Shown here piece after piece: positions 39,057-48,582 of a stretch of 64,000 nt of DNA. A program made the position numbers and the translations under genes. The notes beneath the pieces are model-generated. The model was not told the DNA's origin. It ran no database searches and worked only from the letters and a program-made list of their open reading frames with translations. Location of the stretch: positions 83,744 through 147,743 of IMG/VR virus record IMGVR_UViG_3300024348_000005. The stretch is one strand, 5' to 3'. Within the stretch, counting starts at the first letter, position 1. Every line of letters begins with the position of its first letter. The DNA comes from a virus.

Positions 39057-40328
39057 ATGGATAAAATCATTTGCAGTTTAGAGGAATGGGATACTATTTT
39101 TGATTATTATAGACCTAACGGATCATCGAAAACGTGGTATATTAAAGAATTGAAAAAACTAAGTCAACCACTAATGTGGGGGAAATGGAATCTATATAGT
39201 GAAGGTGGTGAGATGTTCGACAAGGGGATGATGATGGGTCAAATTACACCTAAACATTCAGACAGGTTAGAATATGTACCATTTGACCAAATACAAGAAG
39301 GGAGTCATTTATATATCATAAATGTCTACTCGTATAGTTTTTTTGTTGATAATTTAGACATTGGATTTGGTTGTATATCAGAAAAGTACCTAAAAGATAT
39401 CAAGGAAGGTAGGTCTAAAATTGTGATGTTGTTTCTTTATGAGGGATATTCCGGTTCTAAAGGTAACTATGATTTAGAGATAATTGAAAAATGGAGGGTT
39501 GATGCAGATTTACCTATAAACTCAATTTATTACGTTTCAGGTAATTTATTGTGTCAGCAAATTGTAGAGGAAAAAAAATTAGGGTATCAGGGACGACCAA
39601 TACAGTACTTTGAACCTTGGAACAAATATAATGAAAATACAATTATAGATTTTAAACCGATTAATGAAAAAAATTTATACTTAACCTATAATAGAAATCC
39701 AAGACAACATAGAGTACAGTTAATTTTAAATTTATTAAAACACAACATATTTGATAGGGGGTTAATTAGTTTAAGTGAATTACTTTATAAAACACCGGCA
39801 GATGCGAACGTTGAACACGTTGAATTTTTAAAGAACAACACCCCATTTGTTATCAGTGAAGGATGTGACTTGTTTTTTAACATGTGTTGTAATATTACTA
39901 AAGAAGATTATGAAAAAACCTTTATCTCAATGGTTACCGAAACTTTGGTTGATGAGGGTACATTGTTTATTTCGGAAAAAATATGGAAACCAATTATGGT
40001 CGGTCATCCATTTATTGTTTTTGGTAATTTATGGACTTTAAAATTTCTTAAGTCTATGGGTTACAAGACTTTTGATAAATGGATTAATGAGGAATACGAT
40101 AACGAGCCCGATAGTGGTAAAAGATGTAATATGATTACTGACGAACTGATAAAACTATCAACAAAAACTGTGGAGGAATTAAAGTTAATTAGAGATGAGA
40201 TGAACGAAGTGTGTGACCATAATCAAAAATGGTATAAAAAACTTTATGATGAAAAATATGGTGGAATTGACATAAACGGAGATTTAACTAAGATATTTGA
40301 AGAGGTTTGGAATGAATTAAAAAAATGA
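39057..40328 (+). CDS. HR/TEK-family glycosyltransferase-like protein
   Basis: YNRNPRQHR, MVTET, ISEKIWKP, GYKTF; ATG 39057. Confidence 0.6.
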   Translation: MDKIICSLEEWDTIFDYYRPNGSSKTWYIKELKKLSQPLMWGKWNLYSEGGEMFDKGMMMGQITPKHSDRLEYVPFDQIQEGSHLYIINVYSYSFFVDNLDIGFGCISEKYLKDIKEGRSKIVMLFLYEGYSGSKGNYDLEIIEKWRVDADLPINSIYYVSGNLLCQQIVEEKKLGYQGRPIQYFEPWNKYNENTIIDFKPINEKNLYLTYNRNPRQHRVQLILNLLKHNIFDRGLISLSELLYKTPADANVEHVEFLKNNTPFVISEGCDLFFNMCCNITKEDYEKTFISMVTETLVDEGTLFISEKIWKPIMVGHPFIVFGNLWTLKFLKSMGYKTFDKWINEEYDNEPDSGKRCNMITDELIKLSTKTVEELKLIRDEMNEVCDHNQKWYKKLYDEKYGGIDINGDLTKIFEEVWNELKK

Positions 40329-41623
40329 TAATGACAAAGAATTTTAATATAGTTTATGAAAATTGGAAAGGAGATGAACCCATATCTAATTGGGTGGATA
40401 TTTTTCCAAAAAGAAATTTAAAAGATCCATATTATTTAATACAACATTATATAAACGACACCGAATTTGAAAATAAATTTAATTTGAGGAGGTGTGATTT
40501 CGATGATGTGATGAATGCCCCAAATGAGAATTTTTATTATTTCGTAAACTACGGAGTGGGAGATTTATGTGAGTTATTTGAAAATAACGAATTTGGTAAA
40601 CCGGTACAACCATTAAATCCGATAAGTGATAAATTAAAAAGTTTTATTAAGGATAACCAAAACTTTAATATGGTTTTTTTAACCGAGCATGAACCTGATA
40701 ATGAAGAGGGGTTTAGAATTTTAAACGATTACATAAAAAATAATGATTTAAACGCAAAACAATTCTTTGTAATTAACAATAATTCCAAAATTAAGGACTA
40801 TAATCAAAAATATAACAGTGAGATTAATACATACACTTTAAATTTCATACCTCACTCATCAACTAAAGTTTTAGTTAGAATTGGTGGTTGTGAATTTAAC
40901 ACAGAAAGAAAGGGTAAGTTTTTTATGTGTTTTAATAAATCACCCAAATCACATCGTTACGCATTGTTATGTCTTCTTAAAAAGAATAATATTTTAGAAA
41001 ATACAAATTGGTCCTTAGTACCGTCGTGGAATTGTAATTTTGACGAGTCTTACCTTCGTTCTACCTTTTCTAAGAACGAATTGAAAATGATTAAAACCGA
41101 GATTGATTATTTTGGTAAAATTGATATCAAAAGAAGCGATTTTGAGGATGACAAGGGATGGTTTAATAGGTTCAGTAACATCAACAGGGACTCGTTACCA
41201 ATATGGCAACAAATACCGGAGCATTTAGAAACCTTTCTTAGTTCATATGTAAACATCGTAACAGAGTCAATGTTTAAAGATGTAAACAACAACATTCACA
41301 TATCCGAAAAATCATTTAGACCATTCTATTATTATCAAATCCCTGTTATATTATCAACACATGGACATATTAAAACACTAAAGGAAAAGTATGGATTTGA
41401 TTTTTACGACGATATTGTCAATCATAGTTATGATGATGAACCAGACCAAAAAACAAGATTAATAAAATTGGTTGCTGAGGTTGCAAGATTGAATAATAAT
41501 AAAGAAAAAATAGTAGAATTTTTTAAAAACAATAAAGAAAGATTCGAAAGTAATAAACAGAAAGTAATTGAAGTTTTGAATGTTGTAAATCAAGATTACC
41601 TTTATTTTGAAAGTCTAATATAA
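40325..41623 (+). CDS. HR/TEK-family glycosyltransferase-like protein
   Basis: CFNKSPKSHR, NIVTES, HISEKSFRPF. Confidence 0.6.
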   Translation: MIMTKNFNIVYENWKGDEPISNWVDIFPKRNLKDPYYLIQHYINDTEFENKFNLRRCDFDDVMNAPNENFYYFVNYGVGDLCELFENNEFGKPVQPLNPISDKLKSFIKDNQNFNMVFLTEHEPDNEEGFRILNDYIKNNDLNAKQFFVINNNSKIKDYNQKYNSEINTYTLNFIPHSSTKVLVRIGGCEFNTERKGKFFMCFNKSPKSHRYALLCLLKKNNILENTNWSLVPSWNCNFDESYLRSTFSKNELKMIKTEIDYFGKIDIKRSDFEDDKGWFNRFSNINRDSLPIWQQIPEHLETFLSSYVNIVTESMFKDVNNNIHISEKSFRPFYYYQIPVILSTHGHIKTLKEKYGFDFYDDIVNHSYDDEPDQKTRLIKLVAEVARLNNNKEKIVEFFKNNKERFESNKQKVIEVLNVVNQDYLYFESLI

Positions 41624-42189
41624 TGAAAAGGAACATATTAATTTGTGGAGATAGTTTTGCTGCTGATTGGACAAAAAAATACAACGGAGTCGGTTGGGTT
41701 AATATGTTATGTGATAATTTTAATGTTACAAATGTTGCTGAGGCTGGAGTATCGGAGTATAAGATATACCAACAATTGAGTAAACAAAAAATCACGGATT
41801 TTGACAAGGTAATCATTTCACATACAAGTGCATATAGAATACCGGTAGAAGTTCATCCGATTCACTCTAAAGACATATTACATTATAATTGTGACTTTAT
41901 TTATTCTGATATCAAGGAACACAAAAACAATCCTGAGGTTAAATGTATTGTCGATTTATATGAAAATTATTTTCATGTTGAATATGCAATATTTGTACAT
42001 GACTTAATATTAAAAGAAATTAAAGGATTATGTCCTAACGCAATAAACATGACATTCTTTAATTCCTTTAATAAGGATTCAATTCAATTGGAAGATGTAT
42101 TTTTAGAGAATAGGGGGGATATAAATCACCTAAATGAAGTCGGCAATAAAATAGTATATAATAAAATTTTAAAATTATTAAATGAATAA
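41623..42189 (+). CDS. SGNH-like protein
   Basis: GDSFA, NVAEAGVS, NHLNEVGN. Confidence 0.65.
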   Translation: MKRNILICGDSFAADWTKKYNGVGWVNMLCDNFNVTNVAEAGVSEYKIYQQLSKQKITDFDKVIISHTSAYRIPVEVHPIHSKDILHYNCDFIYSDIKEHKNNPEVKCIVDLYENYFHVEYAIFVHDLILKEIKGLCPNAINMTFFNSFNKDSIQLEDVFLENRGDINHLNEVGNKIVYNKILKLLNE

Positions 42190-42898
42190 ACTTTGGACGT
42201 TTGGGTGTAGTTTTACCTCAGAGTATAATTTTACCCCTTTTAGGGGTGCGGTAAATCAAATGATAAACTATAAGGAATGGAGAAACGGTAGTGAACCTAA
42301 ACTATGGGCAACAATACTTGCGGATAAATTAAATTTAGAAGAAAAAAATTTAGGGTATCCGGGTTCCTCGGTTTATAAAATTTTTGACGCATTTTGTAAT
42401 AATTGTCACTTGATTGAAAGGGGAGATGTGGTTATTGTTGAATGGACAAGATTACAAAGATTTAGGGTTTGTTTACACGGAAACTTCCCAACAGTGCTAC
42501 CCGTTCATAATAAAGATACAAATACAATATTAAGTTATAAAACCACGGCTCAAATACAGGTGAATAGAGATGAAAGACCTTTTATTGAAGAGGTTTACTC
42601 GTTTCAAAATTTTATAGAGGAATTTTGTAACTCATTAGGTTGTGAAATATATTTTTGGTCGGCCGATGATGAAATTATTAACAAGGAAAGTAATGAATTT
42701 AAAAGTAAAAGAAAATATCTATTTCCCGAGGCAAATATTGATATGACACAATATTTGAGAAGAAAATATGGTGCAGAGACAATACATGAAGAGACGAGTG
42801 GTGAGGTCTTAGATCAACAACATTATGGTGAAAAGGGGCATATTGTTATGGGTGAAATATTTTATAATGAAATAATTAGATACAGAAATTTACAATAA
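42182..42898 (+). CDS. SGNH-like protein
   Basis: FGCSFT, NLGYPGSS, QHYGEKGH. Confidence 0.65.
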   Translation: MNKLWTFGCSFTSEYNFTPFRGAVNQMINYKEWRNGSEPKLWATILADKLNLEEKNLGYPGSSVYKIFDAFCNNCHLIERGDVVIVEWTRLQRFRVCLHGNFPTVLPVHNKDTNTILSYKTTAQIQVNRDERPFIEEVYSFQNFIEEFCNSLGCEIYFWSADDEIINKESNEFKSKRKYLFPEANIDMTQYLRRKYGAETIHEETSGEVLDQQHYGEKGHIVMGEIFYNEIIRYRNLQ

Positions 42899-43584
42899 TG
42901 AATACACTTTGGATATTTGGAGATAGTTTTAGTTCAGATTTTGACTATAAAAATCTACATGAAAATCATAAAACCTATATGGATATTTTTAATATTGAAT
43001 ACATACCGGTTTGGGCAAGTGTATTAGGAGAAAAATTAGGATATGATGTTAAAAATTTAGCAAAAGGAGGAAATTCTAATTATCAAATATTTCAAGATTA
43101 TTGTGATTCTTGTAATTTAATACAACCAAACGATATTGTTATTGTTGGTTGGGGACTGATTGATAAGTTTAGAATATCTCAAAATAATAAAGTCGTAAAC
43201 ATACATCCTAATAACACCAGAGATTATGAGAACATGTCTAAATCTACGTTAGATGAGATGATAAAAAATAGAAGAGAAATTTATAATGGTATCGATATTT
43301 GGGCGGGTGAAATTTACGGATGGGAAAGGGCGATTGATACGTTAAGTAAAAACAAAGGGTACCAAATATATTTTTGGTCAACTGAAGAAGATAGATTAAT
43401 GAAACAAGAAGATAAAAAAAATTATTTGTGTTCAGAAAGTAAAATATCTTTAATACATTATTTGAGGGATTTAGGGTGTTTAAGTATGTCACAAGAAACT
43501 AATAATGTTGTTGGAGATTCCCATTTTGGACTACAGGGTCATAATAAACAAGCAGAAATTTTTTATAATGAAATTAAAAAATAA
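42898..43584 (+). CDS. SGNH-like protein
   Basis: FGDSFS, NLAKGGNSN, DSHFGLQGH. Confidence 0.65.
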   Translation: MNTLWIFGDSFSSDFDYKNLHENHKTYMDIFNIEYIPVWASVLGEKLGYDVKNLAKGGNSNYQIFQDYCDSCNLIQPNDIVIVGWGLIDKFRISQNNKVVNIHPNNTRDYENMSKSTLDEMIKNRREIYNGIDIWAGEIYGWERAIDTLSKNKGYQIYFWSTEEDRLMKQEDKKNYLCSESKISLIHYLRDLGCLSMSQETNNVVGDSHFGLQGHNKQAEIFYNEIKK

Positions 43585-44353
43585 ACTTTGGACATTTGGA
43601 TGTAGCTTCACCGCAGAGTATGACCCGATAGGTGGAATACACCCACCGTTTGAAAATAATTTTGACAGGTATTATAAATTTAGAGGTAATAATTTTCAAG
43701 ACACATGGACAACCGTACTTGCTAATAAAATAGGATATAATCCCATGAATTGTGCTTTTGGTGGATCATCAAATTATGGTATACTTAATCAATTCATTGA
43801 GGTTTGTGATTTAATTAAAAAAGACGATATTGTTATTTTTGGATGGACACATTTAGGTAGATTTGTTGCGGTTAATAACGTGAACGATATCTTTAATCAA
43901 GTTCTACCCTTTGGTGCAGAATACAATGATTTAGGGTTATCTAAAAAAACAGTTGAAGAGATACAGGTAAATAGAACAAACCCTTTATGGGGTAAGGAAG
44001 TGTATAGTTGGATTTACTTCATTAATAGATATATTAAAAATATTGGAGCGGAATCATATCATTGGACAAGTGATGAAAGAATTTTTAACTATCACACCAA
44101 AAATAGAAAGGAAGATGGATTAATCGTGGTTGATGATGAAGAAATTTTAAACAATCCCCATATTGTGGATAAACACAATTTATTATGGTATCTAACTCAT
44201 CCGTTACAATATAATGGAAAACAAATGGGTAAGGTTATTGATGAGACCGACGGTCTAATTACCGACGGACACTTGGGTGAATGGGGACATAAAGTACAAG
44301 CGGGACTATTCTATATAAATTTAAAAGAAAGAAGTAAAATAACAATACCATGA
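43568..44353 (+). CDS. SGNH-like protein
   Basis: FGCSFT, NCAFGGSSN, DGHLGEWGH; ATG 43568. Confidence 0.65.
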   Translation: MKLKNKLWTFGCSFTAEYDPIGGIHPPFENNFDRYYKFRGNNFQDTWTTVLANKIGYNPMNCAFGGSSNYGILNQFIEVCDLIKKDDIVIFGWTHLGRFVAVNNVNDIFNQVLPFGAEYNDLGLSKKTVEEIQVNRTNPLWGKEVYSWIYFINRYIKNIGAESYHWTSDERIFNYHTKNRKEDGLIVVDDEEILNNPHIVDKHNLLWYLTHPLQYNGKQMGKVIDETDGLITDGHLGEWGHKVQAGLFYINLKERSKITIP

Positions 44354-44973
44354 GACTAATTTGTTTTGGTGATAGTTGGACTGCTGGTCATGGAATTGAA
44401 ACCGATATAAAATATAAAGAAGAACCGTTTCCTCACACGTTCATTCAAAAATTAAGAGAAATGAACTCATGGCCAAGATGGGTCTCAGATAAATTAAAAT
44501 GTGAATATATTAATTTAGGGGTTTGTGGTTATGGTAATGAATACATTTTAAAAGATTTAAAAGAAACAGTTGAAAACGGGTTTATTAACAAAGACGATAT
44601 TGTTATAGTAATGTTATCATATCCTTACCGTTATAAATCAAAAGACACACACAATGTTGTTGAAATATATCTATTAATGGAAGAACTATTAGAAGGATAT
44701 AAACATTTTTATTTTAATTCTTTCTATCCTTCGTTTATAGAAGAGGATGTCGACACAAAAAAATTACCAGAATATTTTATAAACCCGAATGGATGTGTGT
44801 CTGATGTATTAAGAAAGTATGAAATTAAAAATAACACCGGTGTTTGGGAATATCATAGTAGGTCAGTTTGGAATGACGAGAAAAATTTCTACGAGGGAGA
44901 CTACCACCCAAATTTAAAGGGGTATAAAATAATTGCAAAACACATATATGACGAAATCAAACGAAGAATCTAA
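44350..44973 (+). CDS. SGNH-like protein
   Basis: FGDSWTAG, NLGVCGYGN, DYHPNLKGY. Confidence 0.7.
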   Translation: MRLICFGDSWTAGHGIETDIKYKEEPFPHTFIQKLREMNSWPRWVSDKLKCEYINLGVCGYGNEYILKDLKETVENGFINKDDIVIVMLSYPYRYKSKDTHNVVEIYLLMEELLEGYKHFYFNSFYPSFIEEDVDTKKLPEYFINPNGCVSDVLRKYEIKNNTGVWEYHSRSVWNDEKNFYEGDYHPNLKGYKIIAKHIYDEIKRRI

Positions 44974-45682
44974 AAAAGTTTGGGAACAGTTTCTAACCGA
45001 AGAATATGTGAAACATGTTGGGTATACTCCATCAATACCGATTGAAACAGATTACTATGCGATTATTATAGAACCAAGAGTACATCCTGATTTGTTGACA
45101 GCAATTAAATCCACAATGTTTCATTTAAACGAAACGAACTCACCCATCAAATGGGGATTACAAATATTTCACGGTAATCAAAATAAAGAATTGGTTGAAA
45201 ATGTTAAGTTAAGTTTAGGTAATGTGGTTTTAACAAACATTGGAATTGATAACTTTACACATATCGAACATAGTAGATATATGGAAAGTGTAGAGTTTTG
45301 GAAACAAGTAAAAGGGACTAAGGCTTTAATCTTCCAAACAGATTCCTTATTATTAAGGAGTGGAATAGATGATTTTTTAAAATATGATTATGTGGGAGCT
45401 CCGTGGAGAAAACCCAAAGAAAATCAATGGGTCGGAAACGGGGGATTATCATTAAGAACAGTTAGTAAAATGATTGAAATTTGTGAAAATAACCCAGTCA
45501 CTGAAGATATTTTAGAGGATATTTATTTTATGAAGTATATGAAGGGAAATGGAGTTGCAGATATTGAAACCGCAATGAAGTTTAGCATGGAGGATGTATT
45601 TTCACCAAACCCTTTAGGAGTTCATAACCCAATAAGACACATAGGACCTGAACAATTAAAAAAGGTTCTGTTTAAAAAATAA
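44948..45682 (+). CDS. DUF5672-like putative glycosyltransferase
   Basis: IIEPR, IFQTDS, YDYVGAPW, VGNGGLSLR, EDIYF. Confidence 0.7.
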   Translation: MTKSNEESKKVWEQFLTEEYVKHVGYTPSIPIETDYYAIIIEPRVHPDLLTAIKSTMFHLNETNSPIKWGLQIFHGNQNKELVENVKLSLGNVVLTNIGIDNFTHIEHSRYMESVEFWKQVKGTKALIFQTDSLLLRSGIDDFLKYDYVGAPWRKPKENQWVGNGGLSLRTVSKMIEICENNPVTEDILEDIYFMKYMKGNGVADIETAMKFSMEDVFSPNPLGVHNPIRHIGPEQLKKVLFKK

Positions 45683-45685
45683 AAA

Positions 45686-47350
45686 ATGTATATAATAGGA
45701 ATATCGGCATTTTATCACGATTCTTCTGTTTGTTTATTTAGAGACAATCAGTTGATTTTTGCGTGCGAAGAAGAAAAATTTACGGGAATTAAACACGACA
45801 GTTCTTTTCCCGAAAAGACTTTAGAATATATCTATAAACAATTTAAAATTACAGATAAAAATTTACAATCGGTTTGTTATTATGAAGACCCGAAATTGAA
45901 ATACGAAAGGGTAATGAATAACATTAAACCACAATGGTTTAAGAATCCAATTTATTCGTTAAAGTCTTATTTAAAAATTCGTAACATTGCGAAAGAGGTT
46001 GATGAAAGATTAAGAAAAATTTCACCGAACGTTTTCTATTCAACACATCACGAATCTCACATATACTATTCATTTTATACGTCAAATTTTCAAGAGGCAA
46101 CTTGTCTATCAATAGATGGCGTTGGTGAAATGGACACAATGTCAATTGGGTTAGGTAATGAACATGGTATCGAATACGCATCTCTTGCAAAATACCCACA
46201 CTCAATCGGTTTATATTATTCTGCAATGACGTCCTTTTTGGGATTCAGACCAAATGAAGGTGAATACAAAATGATGGGATTAGCGTCTTATGGTAATCCA
46301 AACACCTACTTAGATGTTGTCAGAAAATTGATAACATATAAAAATAGTAAATTAGAATGTAATTTAGATGTATTTTGTTGGAATAAGTCTGATAAAATAA
46401 TGTTCAATGAGAAATTATCCGAATTACTTGGTGTTGAACAAAGATTACCTGAAGATAGTATTGAATCAATTCACCAAGATTTGGCGGCCTCAGTACAAAA
46501 AGTATATGAGGAAATTTTATTTGAAGTATTGAAAACGGTGTCAATTATAAGTGTTAGACCAAATCTTTGTTTAAGTGGAGGTTGTGCGTATAATGGGACA
46601 GCTAACGGTAAAATTGTAGGTAATAGTTTGTTTCAACACCTATGGATACCACCGGCACCATCAGATGCCGGTTCATCAATTGGTGCTGTTGTACATTATT
46701 TAGTAAAAGAAAGAAAAATAAAAAATAAAATAACCAAAAATCCATTTTTAGGACCCGAATACTTTTACGACGATATTCAAAAATCAATTAAAGGGTTGAA
46801 GTATAAAAACTTTACAACTGAGAAGGGTTTAATGAGATATGTTGCAAAGAAAATTAACGAGGGTAGTGTTGTGGGTTGGTTTAGTGGACATATAGAATTT
46901 GGGTCAAGGGCTTTAGGTAATAGATCAATATTAGCGAATCCAACACTTCCAAATATGAAAGATAGGATTAACAAGGTCATAAAGAAAAGAGAAGGATTTA
47001 GACCATTTGCACCAATGGTAACAAAAGAGAAACAACACGATTTTTTTGAAATGACCGATGATGTACCATATATGAACCAAGTTGTACAGGTTAAACCACA
47101 GTTTAGGGATATCTTAAAGGCCGTAACACACGTAGATGGTTCAGCTAGAGTCCAAACTGTTTATAAAAACACATTAATACATAAACTATTAGAAGAATTT
47201 GAATTAGTAAGTGGGTACCCAATACTCCTTAATACATCGTTTAACATAAAAGATAAAACAATGGTATTAACACCAAAAGACGCAATAGATACATTCTTTG
47301 ACACTGAAATGGATTTATTAGTCATTGGTAATCACGTATTATATAAATAA
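45686..47350 (+). CDS. O-carbamoyltransferase (NodU/CmcH family)
   Basis: GISAFYHDSS, HHESH, DGVGE, EGEYKMMGLA, GGCAYN, EFGSRALGNRS, REGFRPFAP, HVDGSARVQ, LNTSFN. Confidence 0.93.
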   Translation: MYIIGISAFYHDSSVCLFRDNQLIFACEEEKFTGIKHDSSFPEKTLEYIYKQFKITDKNLQSVCYYEDPKLKYERVMNNIKPQWFKNPIYSLKSYLKIRNIAKEVDERLRKISPNVFYSTHHESHIYYSFYTSNFQEATCLSIDGVGEMDTMSIGLGNEHGIEYASLAKYPHSIGLYYSAMTSFLGFRPNEGEYKMMGLASYGNPNTYLDVVRKLITYKNSKLECNLDVFCWNKSDKIMFNEKLSELLGVEQRLPEDSIESIHQDLAASVQKVYEEILFEVLKTVSIISVRPNLCLSGGCAYNGTANGKIVGNSLFQHLWIPPAPSDAGSSIGAVVHYLVKERKIKNKITKNPFLGPEYFYDDIQKSIKGLKYKNFTTEKGLMRYVAKKINEGSVVGWFSGHIEFGSRALGNRSILANPTLPNMKDRINKVIKKREGFRPFAPMVTKEKQHDFFEMTDDVPYMNQVVQVKPQFRDILKAVTHVDGSARVQTVYKNTLIHKLLEEFELVSGYPILLNTSFNIKDKTMVLTPKDAIDTFFDTEMDLLVIGNHVLYK

Positions 47351-47368
47351 AATTTTAAAACAAAACAT

Positions 47369-47485
47369 ATGAAAAAGTTATTTAAGTGGATTTTAGACAA
47401 GATTGAAGCGTATAAAAAGAAAAAAAGATTCAAAAAGAAATTAGAAGAATTACGTAAAAGAGACCCATTTATTTATAATCATTAA
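47369..47485 (+). CDS. 38-aa basic peptide ending RDPFIYNH (not in ORF track)
   Basis: Hand translation MKKLFKWILDKIEAYKKKKRFKKKLEELRKRDPFIYNH, directly after the carbamoyltransferase. Confidence 0.7.
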   Translation: MKKLFKWILDKIEAYKKKKRFKKKLEELRKRDPFIYNH

Positions 47486-47488
47486 TAT

Positions 47489-47517
47489 TTGACTTTTTGG
47501 TAAAAGTTAAGTATATT
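47489..47517 (+). promoter_or_regulatory. Sigma70-like promoter TTGACT-N17-TATATT
   Basis: Near-consensus -35 and 17-nt spacer, about 10 nt before ATG 47527. Confidence 0.65.
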
Positions 47518-47526
47518 AGTAGTATT

Positions 47527-47964
47527 ATGATATATTGGTTTACCGGACAACCCGCAGCAGGAAAAACGACTTTAGCTAAACATTTAGAGTCGTATATTTC
47601 ACATTCAAATAAGGTTATTCACATTGACGGTGATGATTTAAGAGATATCTTTCAAAATAAAGACTATTCCGAAACGGGTAGAAGAAAAAATATTGAAAGA
47701 GCTCAAGACATTGCTCGTTTTATGAGTGAAAAAGGATATGACGTTGTTGTGTCACTTGTTTCACCATATAGAGACCAAAGAGAACAATTTAAAGAAAATA
47801 ACGAAGTTCATGAGATTTATGTTCGTACCACCGATGATAGAGGTAGAAATGATTTTCATGTAACCAATTACGAAGCTCCAACTGACGATTTCGTTGAAAT
47901 CGATACAACAGATAGATTGGAGGTTGATTCGTTTATTGAATTAACAATAAAATTAAAAATATGA
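47527..47964 (+). CDS. cysC: Adenylylsulfate (APS) kinase
   Basis: WFTGQPAAGKTT, IDGDDLR, YS..GR..NI, VSLVSPY, YEAP. Confidence 0.85.
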   Translation: MIYWFTGQPAAGKTTLAKHLESYISHSNKVIHIDGDDLRDIFQNKDYSETGRRKNIERAQDIARFMSEKGYDVVVSLVSPYRDQREQFKENNEVHEIYVRTTDDRGRNDFHVTNYEAPTDDFVEIDTTDRLEVDSFIELTIKLKI

Positions 47965-48341
47965 GTAAAAAGTACGCAATGTATGTGGGGCGTTGGCAAA
48001 ATTGGCATAAGGGTCACGAATGGCTTATTAACCAACAATTAGAGAAAGGAAAAGACGTATGGGTTGCAATTAGAAACGTACCCACAGATGAAAATAACCC
48101 AAAAACCGCACAACAGGTAATGATGGATTTATCTGAGGAGACTTTCTTTAAAGAAAATTCACAAAGAATTAATATATCAATTATTCCTGATATTGAGAGT
48201 ATCAATTATGGTAGAGGGGTTGGGTATGATGTTATTTACCATGAACCACCTCCAGATGTTGCAGTTATTAGTGGTACAGCAATTAGAACCGGCCACATGA
48301 CACCTGATGGTGAAATTAAATATGACCAAACAAAAGGATAA
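47961..48341 (+). CDS. Minimal HxGH nucleotidyltransferase (candidate ATP sulfurylase)
   Basis: GRWQNWHKGH and ISGTAIR motifs; coupled to cysC. Confidence 0.65.
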   Translation: MSKKYAMYVGRWQNWHKGHEWLINQQLEKGKDVWVAIRNVPTDENNPKTAQQVMMDLSEETFFKENSQRINISIIPDIESINYGRGVGYDVIYHEPPPDVAVISGTAIRTGHMTPDGEIKYDQTKG

Positions 48342-48556
48342 TGATAGTAGAAAGAAAAAGACATATCGCCAAAACCGTCTCATATCGTATTGTAAGTACC
48401 CTTATTGGATTTGTTATAATGTGGTGGGTAAGCGGTTCAATAAAGGTTGGTGCCGCATTTGGGATAGCCGAATTAATATATAAACCCATCCAATATTATC
48501 TTCATGAAAGAATTTGGTATAAATGGATAAAATTTGGTCTAAAAGATAAAAAATAA
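48341..48556 (+). CDS. DUF2061-like small membrane protein
   Basis: RHIAKTVSYRI, hydrophobic segments, YYLHERIW. Confidence 0.75.
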   Translation: MIVERKRHIAKTVSYRIVSTLIGFVIMWWVSGSIKVGAAFGIAELIYKPIQYYLHERIWYKWIKFGLKDKK

Positions 48557-48565
48557 GTATTTATA
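48557..48565 (+). promoter_or_regulatory. Putative late promoter RTATTTATA
   Basis: gtatttata about 18 nt before ATG 48583; same motif precedes the fibre genes. Confidence 0.55.
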
Positions 48566-48582
48566 TATAAAACTAAGAAAAT

